Source: an uncultured Bacilli bacterium
GTDB taxonomy: Bacteria > Bacillota_I > Bacilli_A > RF39 > UBA660
DNA length: 64,000 nt
Direction of reading: 5' to 3'
Assembly: GCA_947632595.1 (NCBI GenBank)
Contig: CANRPY010000004.1
Location: 775-64,774 of the forward strand
Below the pieces are notes generated by a model. It was not told the DNA's origin and made no database searches. It worked only from the letters and a program-made list of their open reading frames with translations. The translations under genes and the position numbers were made by a program. Positions within the stretch are counted from its first letter, which is position 1; every line of letters starts with the position of its first letter. Below are positions 1-10,274 of this stretch, one piece after another.

Positions 1-2
1 TA

Positions 3-149
3 TTAAATAGATTTGAAATGGAAGCAAAAGAAAAAGGTGCAAAATATATTAGAATACTCACATTTTGTAATAATAAAACTGCAATATCATTTTATAAAAA
101 ACATAAATATATTGAATACTCAACATATTATAATAAAATTATAAATTAA
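3..149 (+). CDS. C-terminal fragment of a GNAT-type N-acetyltransferase (5' end lies outside the window)
   Basis: The frame is open from the window edge: LNRFEMEAKEKGAKYIRILTFCNNKTAISFYKKHKYIEYSTYYNKIIN, with the stop at 147-149. The A-x-x-FY-x-K-x-x-[FY] tail is typical of GNAT C-termini. Confidence 0.4.
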   Translation, partial: LNRFEMEAKEKGAKYIRILTFCNNKTAISFYKKHKYIEYSTYYNKIIN

Positions 150-358
150 TACAAAAAGTTGTTGTACGTCTTCCTTTAGGGCACCATTATAGAAGTAATC
201 CCGATACAATATGGGTAAAGATAGAAAACACACTTATTATAAGCGTGTTTTTATGTTATGGTGTATTGCCAAATAATAATGAGCTTACGAACTTTCATTT
301 TCATTTTTATTGTGTCTCTTTTAAATGGAGTATATAATGATATAGAGGAGTGTTTTTT

Positions 359-805
359 ATGGAGAAGCAAGAATATTTAAGCGAAGAGAAATATCAACAA
401 ACGAATCGTAAGGTAAATGGTACTGGAAAGATTGTTCTTATTGTTGGTATTCTTATGATTGTTGTTGGAATTATTTTACTCATTATCGGTTTTGTTGGAT
501 TTGGAAGTAGTGCAAAAGATGCTTTAGAAACAATAGATCCAAGTGGTGTTTTTGGTAGTTTTGGATTCTTTATTGGTGGAGGTTTCCTTACTTCTTTTGG
601 ATTTTTTGTTGCGATGATAGGAGGTATTATTTTGTTTATGGCCCATAGAAGAGAGATTGTATCTTATACGACACAACAAGTTATGCCTGTTGCTCAAGAA
701 GGAATTGAGAAGATGACTCCAACTGTTGGAAAAGCTACCGGTACTATTAGTAAGGAAGTTGCGAAAGGAATTCAAGAAGGAATTCAGGAAGCAAATGAAA
801 AATAG
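359..805 (+). CDS. small membrane protein (two hydrophobic segments), function unknown
   Basis: ORF 350..805. The ATG at 359 sits 9 nt after GAGGAG. Two long hydrophobic stretches are present (IVLIVGILMIVVGIILLIIGFVGF and FGFFIGGGFLTSFGFFVAMIGGIILF). A TTGTGT-17-TATAAT promoter-like element lies upstream. Confidence 0.5.
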   Translation: MEKQEYLSEEKYQQTNRKVNGTGKIVLIVGILMIVVGIILLIIGFVGFGSSAKDALETIDPSGVFGSFGFFIGGGFLTSFGFFVAMIGGIILFMAHRREIVSYTTQQVMPVAQEGIEKMTPTVGKATGTISKEVAKGIQEGIQEANEK

Positions 806-814
806 GTGATTTCT

Positions 815-1189
815 ATGGATTCCTGTTTTTTTTGTCAACATATTTTAGAACATGATTTTGCGTTCGAAAATGATCTTGCTGTTGCGAGATATGATGATTT
901 TCCTGTCAATCAGGGACATTTAGAGGTCATTCCTAAACGGCATGTTAAAGATTGGTGGGAGACTACTCCAGAAGAACGTATTGCTATCTTTGACTTGCTA
1001 GATCAAGCTAAGGAAATTCTTGATCAGAAATATCATCCAGATGGATATAATATTGGAATGAATTTAGGAGTGGATGCTGGACAAAGTATTATGCATTTAC
1101 ATGTTCATTTGATTCCTCGATATCATGGAGATGTTCCAAATCCTAGAGGAGGAGTAAGAGGAATTCTTCCTAGTAAACAGAACTATTAA
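815..1189 (+). CDS. HIT-family nucleotide hydrolase/transferase
   Basis: It carries the histidine-triad motif HLHVHLIPR near the C-terminus, and the size (~125 aa) is typical. The ATG at 815 follows AGGTGA. Confidence 0.85.
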   Translation: MDSCFFCQHILEHDFAFENDLAVARYDDFPVNQGHLEVIPKRHVKDWWETTPEERIAIFDLLDQAKEILDQKYHPDGYNIGMNLGVDAGQSIMHLHVHLIPRYHGDVPNPRGGVRGILPSKQNY

Positions 1190-1198
1190 AATCTTTAT

Positions 1199-1222
1199 GA
1201 TTGCTTCGGCAATCTTTTTTTT
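1199..1222 (+). terminator. rho-independent terminator after the HIT gene
   Basis: Hairpin GATTGC-TTCG-GCAATC followed by T8. Confidence 0.8.
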
Positions 1223-1323
1223 GTATAAAAAAATTGATTCCTATTCATAATAGTTTTAGAAGGAAATTTTGACATATTTTAGGAAATGAGTTATAATATG
1301 CGCTTGTCAGGGAGGAAATTACT

Positions 1324-2334
1324 ATGAAAAGTATTGATGGGCCGTCGATTAGGAAAAAGTTATATTTTTCTTTATTATTGATGGTTGTATCATTAATGAT
1401 AGGAATTGGTTCTGTTGCTTATCATAAATATAGAGTTTATCAAAGTATTCATGTTGTTGTCCATAAAACAGCTACCTTAGAATATGGAAGTGCTAATTAT
1501 GATGTTAACCAATTTATACAAAAGGTTGAAGGAAAGATTGTTTCTATTGAGCAAGATATTCAACCTGATGTTTTAGGAAAACAAGAAATTGTTTTAAAAG
1601 TACAAAAAGAGAATTTTATAAAAGATGTTTCTTTTGTTGTTGAAGTTGTTGATTGTGTTGCTCCTGTTATTTCTTTAAAAGAAGAGACGCTATCTATTAC
1701 TGAAGGAGATACGATTGATTTATTAGCAAATGTTTCTTCTGTTACGGATTCGATTGATGGAGATATTTCTTATATCGATTCTGCTAAAGATTCTTCTCAT
1801 TATTCTATTGAATATACAGATGATTTAAATACAGTAGGAAGTCACTTGATTACTGTAGATGCGATTGATCGTTTTGGGAATCGTTCTACTAAGTCTTTTA
1901 CTCTTCAAGTAAATGCAAAACCTTCTTTTTATCCTATTTCTTATGATGTACCTGCTAATCCTAATGGAGAGTATCTTGCCTCTGTTGCGCGTTCTCTTTT
2001 AGGATCCCCTTACGTATCGGCAGGAGCTGGTCCTTATGGATTTGATTGTAGTGGATTTGTTTCTTATTTGTACTCTCTTATTGGAGTTTCTATAGGAAGA
2101 AGTACTTATGATCAACAATTTGTAGGATATGGAGTATCTTATGAAGATATGAAGCCTGGAGATATTCTTGTTTGGGGATATGTGGATGGGCAGCCAACTC
2201 ACTCTGCTATGTATGTAGGAGATGGTTGTATGATTCATGCCGCTAATCAAAATGAAGGTGTTATTATCAGCAATATTTCTTTTTGGTTATCTGGATCGGG
2301 TACTCATATTTTAACTATACGAAGAATTTTATAG
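1324..2334 (+). CDS. membrane-anchored NlpC/P60 peptidoglycan endopeptidase with Ig-like middle domains
   Basis: It has an N-terminal TM segment. The C-terminal domain carries the catalytic-type motifs GFDCSGFVSYLY ... HSAMYVG ... IHAA. Confidence 0.8.
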   Translation: MKSIDGPSIRKKLYFSLLLMVVSLMIGIGSVAYHKYRVYQSIHVVVHKTATLEYGSANYDVNQFIQKVEGKIVSIEQDIQPDVLGKQEIVLKVQKENFIKDVSFVVEVVDCVAPVISLKEETLSITEGDTIDLLANVSSVTDSIDGDISYIDSAKDSSHYSIEYTDDLNTVGSHLITVDAIDRFGNRSTKSFTLQVNAKPSFYPISYDVPANPNGEYLASVARSLLGSPYVSAGAGPYGFDCSGFVSYLYSLIGVSIGRSTYDQQFVGYGVSYEDMKPGDILVWGYVDGQPTHSAMYVGDGCMIHAANQNEGVIISNISFWLSGSGTHILTIRRIL

Positions 2335-2399
2335 AGCATTTTGCTCTTTTTTTGTATAGTTCTTATGAATATGGGTATTCTAACAATAGGAGGTATAAT

Positions 2400-2606
2400 A
2401 TGGAAACAGCACAAAAAATCGCATTAGTTATTACGATTATTGGCGCCCTTAATTGGGGACTCATTGGTTTATTTAATTTTGATCTCGTTGCCTTCTTATT
2501 TGGAGCACAAACTATATTAACAAGAATTGTATACACTTTAGTAGCAATTTGTGGAATTGTTAATATTGGAATTTTATTAAGCCATATGGAATTTAGAAAA
2601 GACTAA
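2400..2606 (+). CDS. DUF378-family small membrane protein
   Basis: The ATG at 2400 follows AGGAGG. The sequence METAQKIALVITIIGALNWGLIGLFNFDLVAFLFG matches the DUF378 pattern. The longer ORF from 2283 overlaps the upstream terminator and was rejected. Confidence 0.7.
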   Translation: METAQKIALVITIIGALNWGLIGLFNFDLVAFLFGAQTILTRIVYTLVAICGIVNIGILLSHMEFRKD

Positions 2607-2654
2607 AATGTCTTTTTTTTTCTTCTTATTTGTGTTACTTTTATATTGTAGGGG

Positions 2655-4916
2655 ATGATGGATATGAAGCATTATTTAGAGATGGTTCTTAAAAAGGAAA
2701 AGAAGGCAGTTTCTTTTCAAAAAATTATTGAAAAAATAGAAAAATTAAAGTCAGAAGAAGTGGGTCATGAGATTTTACTGACTCCTTTTGAAAAAGAAGA
2801 AGTTTTAGGGTTATTAGATAAGATGGTGGAGACTCTAGATGTTTATCTTACTCCAGCAAATCATTATGTTTTGACCTCTAAAACTTCTTTTCGTAAGGGA
2901 AGATTTTATGGAGATCGTAATGGAAATGGAAGGGTACATGTTACCAATTCTTATGTGAATCGAGATGGAGTTGTTGTTGTCGGGGATGAAAACTATGAAG
3001 TTTCTAAAGATAATACGAATGGTGCTATTGATGGTGATTTTGTATTATTAGATACTGGCGGAAAAAATGGAACTATTAAGATAGAGAAAGTATTAGATCG
3101 ACAACTAGAGTCTATTGCAGGAGAAGTTTATCGTATGGGAAATCACTATTTTGTAAAACCAATCGATAAGAAAAAACAGGGTATTATGATTTCTTTAGAG
3201 AAAGAGGCAATAGAAGGGGAAAGAGTTTTGGTTACTTTAACGAAACAGAGTGGTCCTAATTTTTATCTTGGAGAAATTGTTAAGACGTTTAATCATAAAG
3301 ATGATCCAAATGAAGACATTTTGTGGGAAGCTTTTAAACATGGTGTCGATAATGATTTTAGTGAGGGTTCCTATGAACAATTAGAAAAGATTCCTTTTGA
3401 GGTTAGAGATCAAGATCGTATTGGAAGGGAAGATTTAACGGATTGGGAAGTCTTTACGATTGATGGAAAAAATACAAAAGACATGGATGATGCGGTAAGT
3501 TGTACCATGAATGAAAAAGGAAATTATGTGTTAGGTGTTCATATTACGGATGTTGCTTCTATTGTTCCAGAAAACTCTCCACTTGATAAGGATGCTGCTC
3601 GAAAAGGAAATAGTTTTTATTTGGGTGGTACGGTATTCCCTATGTTTCCTCATAAGATATCGAATGGGATTGGGTCTTTAAATCCAAATGTTGATCGTTT
3701 GGCAATTTCTACCATTATGGAAATTACTCCTAAGGGAGAGATTATTCATTCTCGTATATGTCCTACGGTTATTCGTTCTCGTATGAAAATGTCTTATGAA
3801 GAGGTTAATGAATTATTAAAGAATGGAAATGCTGATTCCTCTTATGATGTCTTTCGTGATACTCTAAATCGTATGCGTAAACTTAGTTTGATACTTCGAA
3901 AAAAAAGAATTCTTGATGGTTCTTCTGAATTTGATCGTCCTGAGTTAGAGGCTGTTTGTGATGAGAATCATAAGGCTACTTCTTTTGTTTTGCGTACACA
4001 AGATGTTGGAGAAAATTTAATTGAAGAGTTTATGCTTGCAGCTAATCGAACACTTGATAAAGAGATGGTAAGAAGAGGAATTCCTTTTATTCATCGTGTA
4101 CATGGTTCTCCTAATGAAGAAAAAATTCTTGAATTGTTACGATTATTAGAGGCTATTAATTTGCCATTTGATGAGTATTCTTCTTCTGATCTTGCGGTTG
4201 ATAAAAAGGCTTTTCAAGCATTTATTTCCCATCTTTCTAAGACGGGAAGATTATCTAATTTGTTATCGACTGAGGCAATTAAATGTATGTCTCGAGCAAA
4301 ATATAGTACTGAGGCGATGGGACATTATGGGCTTGCTACTCCATATTATTGTCATTCTACTTCTCCTGTTAGAAGATATGCAGATTTAACGGGACAAAGA
4401 ATCTTATGGGATTGTTATTTTTCTTCTAAAAACTATGAGAAAAATCTTGCAAAGTGGAAGAAGAAATTACCAGAGATTGCAGAACACACTTCTCATCAAG
4501 AGAGAGTATCTGATGATACTGAAAGAGATGTTCTTCGTATGTTATGTGCGGAATATATGGAAAAACATATTGGAGAAGAGTTCGATGCAACGGTTATTTG
4601 CGTATCTCAGGATGCTCTTACTGTTCAACTAGATAATATGATTGAAGGCTCTGTTCGTGTAAGAGATTTAAAAGGGGATTATGTTTATAGTCCTGAGAGT
4701 TTTTCTCTTGTTTCCTTAGAGGGAAGAGAGTCTTACTATATTGGAGACCGGTTACATTTACGGTTAAAGAGTGCAAATAAAGAGTTAAAAAGAATTGATT
4801 TTGAGGTTGTCGAAAAGATTCATGAAACGTCAATTCGTAATTCTCAATCTATTCAAAATTCTGTTAAAATTAAAGCAAAAAATGAAAGAAGAAAAAGAAG
4901 AGTTTCTCAAAAATAA
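2655..4916 (+). CDS. rnr: ribonuclease R (RNB-family 3'-5' exoribonuclease)
   Basis: RNB catalytic blocks are present (DGKNTKDMDDAVS and HYGLATPYYCHSTSPVRRYADL). A C-terminal S1-like domain (GEEFDATVICVSQDALTVQL) and a basic tail follow. Confidence 0.9.
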   Translation: MMDMKHYLEMVLKKEKKAVSFQKIIEKIEKLKSEEVGHEILLTPFEKEEVLGLLDKMVETLDVYLTPANHYVLTSKTSFRKGRFYGDRNGNGRVHVTNSYVNRDGVVVVGDENYEVSKDNTNGAIDGDFVLLDTGGKNGTIKIEKVLDRQLESIAGEVYRMGNHYFVKPIDKKKQGIMISLEKEAIEGERVLVTLTKQSGPNFYLGEIVKTFNHKDDPNEDILWEAFKHGVDNDFSEGSYEQLEKIPFEVRDQDRIGREDLTDWEVFTIDGKNTKDMDDAVSCTMNEKGNYVLGVHITDVASIVPENSPLDKDAARKGNSFYLGGTVFPMFPHKISNGIGSLNPNVDRLAISTIMEITPKGEIIHSRICPTVIRSRMKMSYEEVNELLKNGNADSSYDVFRDTLNRMRKLSLILRKKRILDGSSEFDRPELEAVCDENHKATSFVLRTQDVGENLIEEFMLAANRTLDKEMVRRGIPFIHRVHGSPNEEKILELLRLLEAINLPFDEYSSSDLAVDKKAFQAFISHLSKTGRLSNLLSTEAIKCMSRAKYSTEAMGHYGLATPYYCHSTSPVRRYADLTGQRILWDCYFSSKNYEKNLAKWKKKLPEIAEHTSHQERVSDDTERDVLRMLCAEYMEKHIGEEFDATVICVSQDALTVQLDNMIEGSVRVRDLKGDYVYSPESFSLVSLEGRESYYIGDRLHLRLKSANKELKRIDFEVVEKIHETSIRNSQSIQNSVKIKAKNERRKRRVSQK

Positions 4917-5044
4917 TTCTTCTTTTTTTTCTTAGTCGGTTGATAAATGATAGAGAAAATGTTATCATTAATATGAGTATGGGGTTATTAATATCAGTGT
5001 GGTATTTTTTTATTCTCATATTTTTGTTGTAAGGAGATGACGTG

Positions 5045-5881
5045 ATGTATATTACATGGACAGATGTATTCACAATACTAAGAAAAATTGCAGATATTAC
5101 TTTAGTATGGTTAATTTTTTATTTTATTCTTAAGAATATTAAAAATAATGTTAAGTTATCTTTAATTTTTAAGGGATTAATCTTTATTATTATTTTAAAA
5201 GTGATTAGTGAATGGGCTAAGTTTATTACTGTTGGATATTTACTGGATTATATTATTCAATGGGGACCTGTTGCATTAATTGTTATTTTTCAACCAGAGA
5301 TTCGTACTATTTTGGAACAGCTTGGTAGAAATCAATTGTTAGGTCGACATAAAGTCTTAACGGTAGATGAGAGAGAGCGTATGGTTTATGAACTTGTTAA
5401 TGCGATTGATTATCTTCGTAAGGAGCGAATTGGTGCTCTAATTGTTATTGAGAGAGATGTTAGTTTAGGAAATTATATTGATAAGGCTAAAAAACTTTAT
5501 GCGGATTTATCAAGTGACTTATTAATTGCTATCTTCTATGAGGGAAATCCTCTACATGATGGTGGTGTTATTATTCAAGGAGATCGTATTACTTGTGCAG
5601 GAGCTGTATTCCCAACAAGTAGTAGTCCTAAATTAAATAGACGTTTAGGAACAAGACACAGAGCTGCTCTTGGTCTTGCTGAAGAGACAGATGCTATTTG
5701 TATTGTTGTTTCTGAAGAGACTGGTAGAGTTTCTATTGCTTTAAAAGGAGAGATGTTATACAACTTAACTCTTGATGATGTACGTATGATGCTTATCGAT
5801 GAATTAAAACCAAAACAAGATATTGAATATGATGAAGATGAAGATGTAAATGAGGAAGAGATATATGAAGAAGATAAATAG
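5045..5881 (+). CDS. cdaA: diadenylate cyclase CdaA (c-di-AMP synthase)
   Basis: Three N-terminal TM helices are followed by a DAC domain with DGGVIIQGDRITCAGAVFP and RHRAALGLAEETDAICIVVSEETG. Confidence 0.9.
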   Translation: MYITWTDVFTILRKIADITLVWLIFYFILKNIKNNVKLSLIFKGLIFIIILKVISEWAKFITVGYLLDYIIQWGPVALIVIFQPEIRTILEQLGRNQLLGRHKVLTVDERERMVYELVNAIDYLRKERIGALIVIERDVSLGNYIDKAKKLYADLSSDLLIAIFYEGNPLHDGGVIIQGDRITCAGAVFPTSSSPKLNRRLGTRHRAALGLAEETDAICIVVSEETGRVSIALKGEMLYNLTLDDVRMMLIDELKPKQDIEYDEDEDVNEEEIYEEDK

Positions 5882-7223
5882 ATTGTTTGGAAAATTATTT
5901 CGTCGTATTGGATTGTTTTTTGATAAAGTACTAATTACTCCAATTACGCGTATTGTTCTTAAAGTAATGGAGATATCTAAAGGTAGTGCGAAAGCTATTG
6001 ATCGACTAGCTGGTAAAAAATCTACTTTGTTGGTTATTAGTTTACTCCTTGCCTTTGCCACGTTTTGGTTTATTGATAATGAGTCAAATGTTATGATTGA
6101 TCAATATGCAGAAATCTTATATGATCAACCGGTAACTGCTGTTTATAATGAAGAGTCTTATGTTGTAGAGGGACTTCCAAGTTCTGTTGATATTACTTTG
6201 ATTGGTCAAAGAAGACATATTTTCTTAGCTAAACAATCTCCTTCTAAAGGAGTTACTGTTGATCTTACTGGATTGAAACCTGGTACTCATAAGGTTACTT
6301 TAAAATATAATCAAAGATTAAAGTCTTTAGATTATAAACTGGATCCTACTACTGTAAATGTTACTATTTATGAGAAGGAAAGTGAAAATCGTTCTTTAAC
6401 TTATGATATTTTAAATTTAGATAAATTAGATTCTAAATTATATATTAGTGATGTAGAACTTGATCGTTCTGAGGTTATTATTAAAGGTGCTAAATACAAG
6501 TTAGATCAAGTTACTATGGTTAGAGCTTTATTAGATGTAAATAATATTCCTAATCCGAAAGCTGGAGAAATTAATGTTAAGGATATCCCTTTAGTTGCTT
6601 ATGATAGTGATGGAAAGATTATTGATGTTGAAATTGTTCCTAAGACTGTTGCTGCTAATGTTAAGATTACTTCTCCAAGTAAAGAAATTCCTATTCGTAT
6701 TGTACCAGTTGGAGATCTTGCCTTTGGTAAGTCTATTAAGTCTATCAATCCAAGTATTTCTAAGATTACGGTTTACGGTGAACAAGCTGCTATTGATGAG
6801 ATTCAACAATTAGATGTAGAAATTGATGTTAATGGATTAGAGAAGAATAAAGATTATAGCGTTACTTTGAAAAAACCTAAGGGTATTACCGAATTAAGTT
6901 CTAAGACTATGACAGTAGAAGTTGTTGTTGATAATGCAACGACAAAGGAATTTAAAGATATCGCGGTTTCTTATCGTAACTTAGCAGACGGACTAATCGT
7001 TCAGGCAAGTTCTGAAAATGATCGAAAAGTTACGGTTGTTGTTAGTGGTAGTGAGGAAGCACTTGCTAATATTAAAGAGACAGATATTACGGCTTATGTG
7101 GATTTGAAGAATTATAAAGTTGGTACTCATGAAGTAGAAGTTAAGGTTACTGGTTCTGATTTGAAACTTGGTTATTCTTCAAAGACTAAGAAAGTAAAAA
7201 TTGTTATTACACAAAAGAAATAG
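5865..7223 (+). CDS. cdaR: CdaR / YbbR-domain regulator of CdaA
   Basis: It overlaps the end of cdaA. An N-terminal TM is followed by repeated ~90-aa YbbR-like beta modules. The position matches the cdaA-cdaR operon of Bacillus. Confidence 0.75.
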   Translation: MKKINRLFGKLFRRIGLFFDKVLITPITRIVLKVMEISKGSAKAIDRLAGKKSTLLVISLLLAFATFWFIDNESNVMIDQYAEILYDQPVTAVYNEESYVVEGLPSSVDITLIGQRRHIFLAKQSPSKGVTVDLTGLKPGTHKVTLKYNQRLKSLDYKLDPTTVNVTIYEKESENRSLTYDILNLDKLDSKLYISDVELDRSEVIIKGAKYKLDQVTMVRALLDVNNIPNPKAGEINVKDIPLVAYDSDGKIIDVEIVPKTVAANVKITSPSKEIPIRIVPVGDLAFGKSIKSINPSISKITVYGEQAAIDEIQQLDVEIDVNGLEKNKDYSVTLKKPKGITELSSKTMTVEVVVDNATTKEFKDIAVSYRNLADGLIVQASSENDRKVTVVVSGSEEALANIKETDITAYVDLKNYKVGTHEVEVKVTGSDLKLGYSSKTKKVKIVITQKK

Positions 7224-7293
7224 AGATTTGTCTCTATTTTTTTTGCATATTCTATCTTCCAAGACATAGGTTTTAATAGATTGGAGATTACAT

Positions 7294-8307
7294 ATGAAAA
7301 AAATAATAATATTGTTTTTATTTGGTTTATTGATCATTACTGGTTGTGGAAAAATGAGTGAGAAAGACGTTTTAAAAGAAATTGAAAATCAAATTACCAA
7401 AAGTAAAGGATATGAAATGTCTGGGGAACTTACCATTACCAATCATGATGAAGTTTATTTATATGATGTTTTGGTAGATTATAAAAAAGATGATTATTAT
7501 AAAGTATCTATTGTGAATCAAAATAATCAGTTTCAACAAGTTATTTTGAAAAATGATGATGGTGTTTTTTTGGTGACTCCTTCTTTGAATAAGAGTTTTA
7601 AATTTCAAAGTGATTGGCCTTATCAAAATTCACAAGCTTATTTATTACAATGTATCCTATCAGATTTAAAGGATGATAAGGATCTTATATTTGAGAAGAA
7701 GAAAGAAAAATATCATTTTCAATCTAAAGTTCATTATCCTAATAATAGTAAGTTGAGTTATCAAAAAGTCACTTTTGATTCTAACTTTCAATTAGAAAAA
7801 GTAGTTGTTTATAATACGGATGATGTTATTTGTATGGAATTTCATGTAGAAGACATTCATTATTCTCCTAAGTTTTCTTCAGATTTCTTTGACTTAGATC
7901 GTTTGATAGATGTTGATTTGGAAGATGAGGCTACGCAAGAGTCGGAGGAAGCAAAAGAGACTAGTGTAATTGAAGATGTTATTTATCCATTATTGTTACC
8001 AGATGGTACAAAGTTAGTTGGAGAAGAGAAGGTTCCTAAGAATACTGGTGAGAGAGTGATTATGACTTATGATGGAGAGAAATCTTTCTTATTGGTTGAG
8101 GAAACTTTAGATGTTTTTGATGAATTTACTATTATTCCTTCTTCTGGGGAACCATTTCAGTTAATGGATACTATTGGAGTTATGAGAGAAAATTCTCTAT
8201 CTTGGTCTAGTGGCAATTTAGAATATTATTTGGTTAGTGATGTCATGAGCCGAGAAGAATTAGTAGAAGTAGCACAATCTATTGTTGGAGTTACTTCATT
8301 GAAATAA
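7294..8307 (+). CDS. lipoprotein, possibly LolA-like fold, function unknown
   Basis: The signal peptide carries a lipobox: MKKIIILFLFGLLIITG|C. Confidence 0.55.
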   Translation: MKKIIILFLFGLLIITGCGKMSEKDVLKEIENQITKSKGYEMSGELTITNHDEVYLYDVLVDYKKDDYYKVSIVNQNNQFQQVILKNDDGVFLVTPSLNKSFKFQSDWPYQNSQAYLLQCILSDLKDDKDLIFEKKKEKYHFQSKVHYPNNSKLSYQKVTFDSNFQLEKVVVYNTDDVICMEFHVEDIHYSPKFSSDFFDLDRLIDVDLEDEATQESEEAKETSVIEDVIYPLLLPDGTKLVGEEKVPKNTGERVIMTYDGEKSFLLVEETLDVFDEFTIIPSSGEPFQLMDTIGVMRENSLSWSSGNLEYYLVSDVMSREELVEVAQSIVGVTSLK

Positions 8308-8355
8308 TAGACTTTCTTTTCCTTCCTGTGCTATAATAACTTGTAGGTGAATTTT

Positions 8356-9033
8356 ATGGCAAAGAAGAAAGAGACAAAGGATAAAAGTAAGGTTGAACAA
8401 AAGAAGAAATCTACTAAGGTAGTAGAGGAAGAAGTAAAAGAAGTTAAGGAAGAAAAAGAAAAAAAGACAAAAAAATCTTCTTCTAAGAAAGTAGAAAATA
8501 AGGGTAAAGAAACCAAGAAGAATCCTAATAAGAAAGAAGGAAAGAAGCAAGAAAAGATTTCTGATCTTTTTGATGATGGTGTTATGCACTTTATCTTAGT
8601 TGCGGGAATTATTATTCTTGTATTCTGTCTTTTCTATATTATAACGGTTTATATTACGAATCATCAGAATAACTCATCTGTAGAAGAGACAGAAGAAAAG
8701 TCTATTTCTTATTCTGAGATTTTAGTTGGTAGAAGTTTTGATATGCCAGAAGAAGAATATCTTGTTGTTTATTATGATTTTACCAATACGGATTTAGCAT
8801 CTTCTCTAGCAAGTTCTATTAGTACTTATAATAGTAATGATAGTCATCATACTCTTTATACTGCAGATTTAAATAATACTTTTAATCAAAAATATGTTTC
8901 AAGTGAGGGAAATAAGACTCCTAAAGATGCTGCTAGTTTAGCAATTAATGGAGCCACTCTTATTCATTTTAAAGATGGTAAAGTTGTTGATTATGTTGAA
9001 GGGTTAAATGCTATTCTTAATTATTTAGCATAA
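8356..9033 (+). CDS. membrane protein with a Lys/Glu-rich cytoplasmic N-terminus and an extracytoplasmic domain, unknown function
   Basis: The ATG at 8356 follows AGGTGA. About 70 aa are KE-rich, followed by one TM (FILVAGIIILVFCLFYIITVYI) and a ~120-aa C-terminal domain. Confidence 0.45.
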   Translation: MAKKKETKDKSKVEQKKKSTKVVEEEVKEVKEEKEKKTKKSSSKKVENKGKETKKNPNKKEGKKQEKISDLFDDGVMHFILVAGIIILVFCLFYIITVYITNHQNNSSVEETEEKSISYSEILVGRSFDMPEEEYLVVYYDFTNTDLASSLASSISTYNSNDSHHTLYTADLNNTFNQKYVSSEGNKTPKDAASLAINGATLIHFKDGKVVDYVEGLNAILNYLA

Positions 9034-9053
9034 AAAAGACTTCGGTCTTTTTT
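9034..9053 (+). terminator. rho-independent terminator
   Basis: Hairpin AAAAGAC-TTCG-GTCTTTT with a T-run. Confidence 0.75.
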
Positions 9054-9067
9054 ACTATGGAGTTTTT

Positions 9068-10270
9068 ATGAAAAAGAAAAAATTGAAGGGTAAAAAGTTA
9101 CTATCTATTCATAAAGAGAATCATTTTAGTTTTACAGAAGTCCTATTGATTGTCTTTATCTCTGTTTTTTTTGGAGGAACGATTGGTTATTTGCTTACCT
9201 ATCATAATAGTAATCTTCAATTGGTTCGCTCTAATACGAATTTAGGAGAAGTTGTGGATACTTATCATATGATTGTCGATCAGTATTATGATGATGTAGA
9301 TGAAGCTGTTTTAGCAGAGGCCGCCATTCAAGGCATGGTTTCTTCTTTAGGAGACCCATATTCTAAGGTAATTGACCAAGAGGCATCTTCTTCGTTTCAG
9401 GAGACTGTCGATGGTGAATATATGGGAATAGGAGTTACTTTAACTTATCAAGAGGAATATTCTTTTATTTCTGAGATGGTTAAAGATGGCCCTGCTTCTC
9501 GAGAAGGATTAGAGGTAGGAGATGTAATCTTAGAAGTAAATGGTCATAATTGTCAGAATCTTTATCCTAAAGAGATTGGTGATTTCATGGATCAAAATAA
9601 GTTTTCTCTAAAAGTAAGAAGAGGGGAGGAAACTTTAGAATTTACGGTTTCTAAAGAAAAGATTCCTATTCAAAATGTTGTTTCTAAGATGTATGAATCC
9701 AAGATAGGATATTTACAAATTAAGGTTTTTTCTGCCAATTCTTATCAACAATTTCAGGATGCCTTGGATGAATTAGAAAAGAAAAAGATGGGGTCTCTTA
9801 TTTTAGACTTAAGAGATAATCCAGGAGGACACTTACTACAAGCAAAGAAGATTTTAAGTTTATTTTTTGATAAAAAGACTGTTCTTTATCAAGTTGAGAG
9901 AAATGGTCATCGTGAAATGGTTCATTCTACTTCTCGAGAGAAAAGAGCCTATCCTATTGTTGTGTTAATGAATGAAGGAACTGCTTCTGCTGCAGAGGTT
10001 GTTGCTTCTTGTTTTCAAGAAAATTATGCAAAGAGTTCTTTAGTTGGTGTTTCTAGTTATGGAAAAGGAAAGGTACAAAAATCATTATCTTTAAACAGTG
10101 GAACTCGAGTACAGTTTACTACGGAAAAGTGGCTTACTTCGAAGGGTAAAAGTGTCAGTGATGGTGGAGTTGCTCCTGATGTTGTTGTTACCCAAGATTC
10201 CTCTTTTTATGTGGATTATCTTGAGAAAAATGATTTACAACTACAGAAAGCGTTATCTATATTAAAATAG
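9068..10270 (+). CDS. S41-family C-terminal processing (tail-specific) peptidase with PDZ domain
   Basis: It has an N-terminal TM, a PDZ-like region (GLEVGDVILEVNG), and the S41 blocks LDLRDNPGGHL and NEGTASAAEV. Confidence 0.85.
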   Translation: MKKKKLKGKKLLSIHKENHFSFTEVLLIVFISVFFGGTIGYLLTYHNSNLQLVRSNTNLGEVVDTYHMIVDQYYDDVDEAVLAEAAIQGMVSSLGDPYSKVIDQEASSSFQETVDGEYMGIGVTLTYQEEYSFISEMVKDGPASREGLEVGDVILEVNGHNCQNLYPKEIGDFMDQNKFSLKVRRGEETLEFTVSKEKIPIQNVVSKMYESKIGYLQIKVFSANSYQQFQDALDELEKKKMGSLILDLRDNPGGHLLQAKKILSLFFDKKTVLYQVERNGHREMVHSTSREKRAYPIVVLMNEGTASAAEVVASCFQENYAKSSLVGVSSYGKGKVQKSLSLNSGTRVQFTTEKWLTSKGKSVSDGGVAPDVVVTQDSSFYVDYLEKNDLQLQKALSILK

Positions 10271-10274
10271 AGTC

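Noticed and set aside
150-265. A structured-looking non-coding stretch ends in a hairpin plus T-run (AAACACACTTATTATAAGCGTGTTTTT), and could be a riboswitch or sRNA upstream of the 359..805 gene.
   Set aside because: I could not match it to any riboswitch consensus I know. The TTGTGT-17-TATAAT promoter for the downstream gene lies after the hairpin. The simplest reading is that this is the 3' UTR and terminator of the truncated GNAT gene.
2283-2399. The ORF track gives a long N-terminal extension to the DUF378 ORF.
   Set aside because: The extension overlaps the NlpC/P60 gene end and its terminator hairpin (2333-2353). The ATG at 2400 has a proper AGGAGG RBS and starts the conserved DUF378 sequence.
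8360-8560. A purine-rich (AAG/GAA) tract looks like a simple-sequence repeat.
   Set aside because: It is in frame and encodes the Lys/Glu-rich cytoplasmic N-terminus of the 8356..9033 membrane protein. It has no exact unit periodicity.
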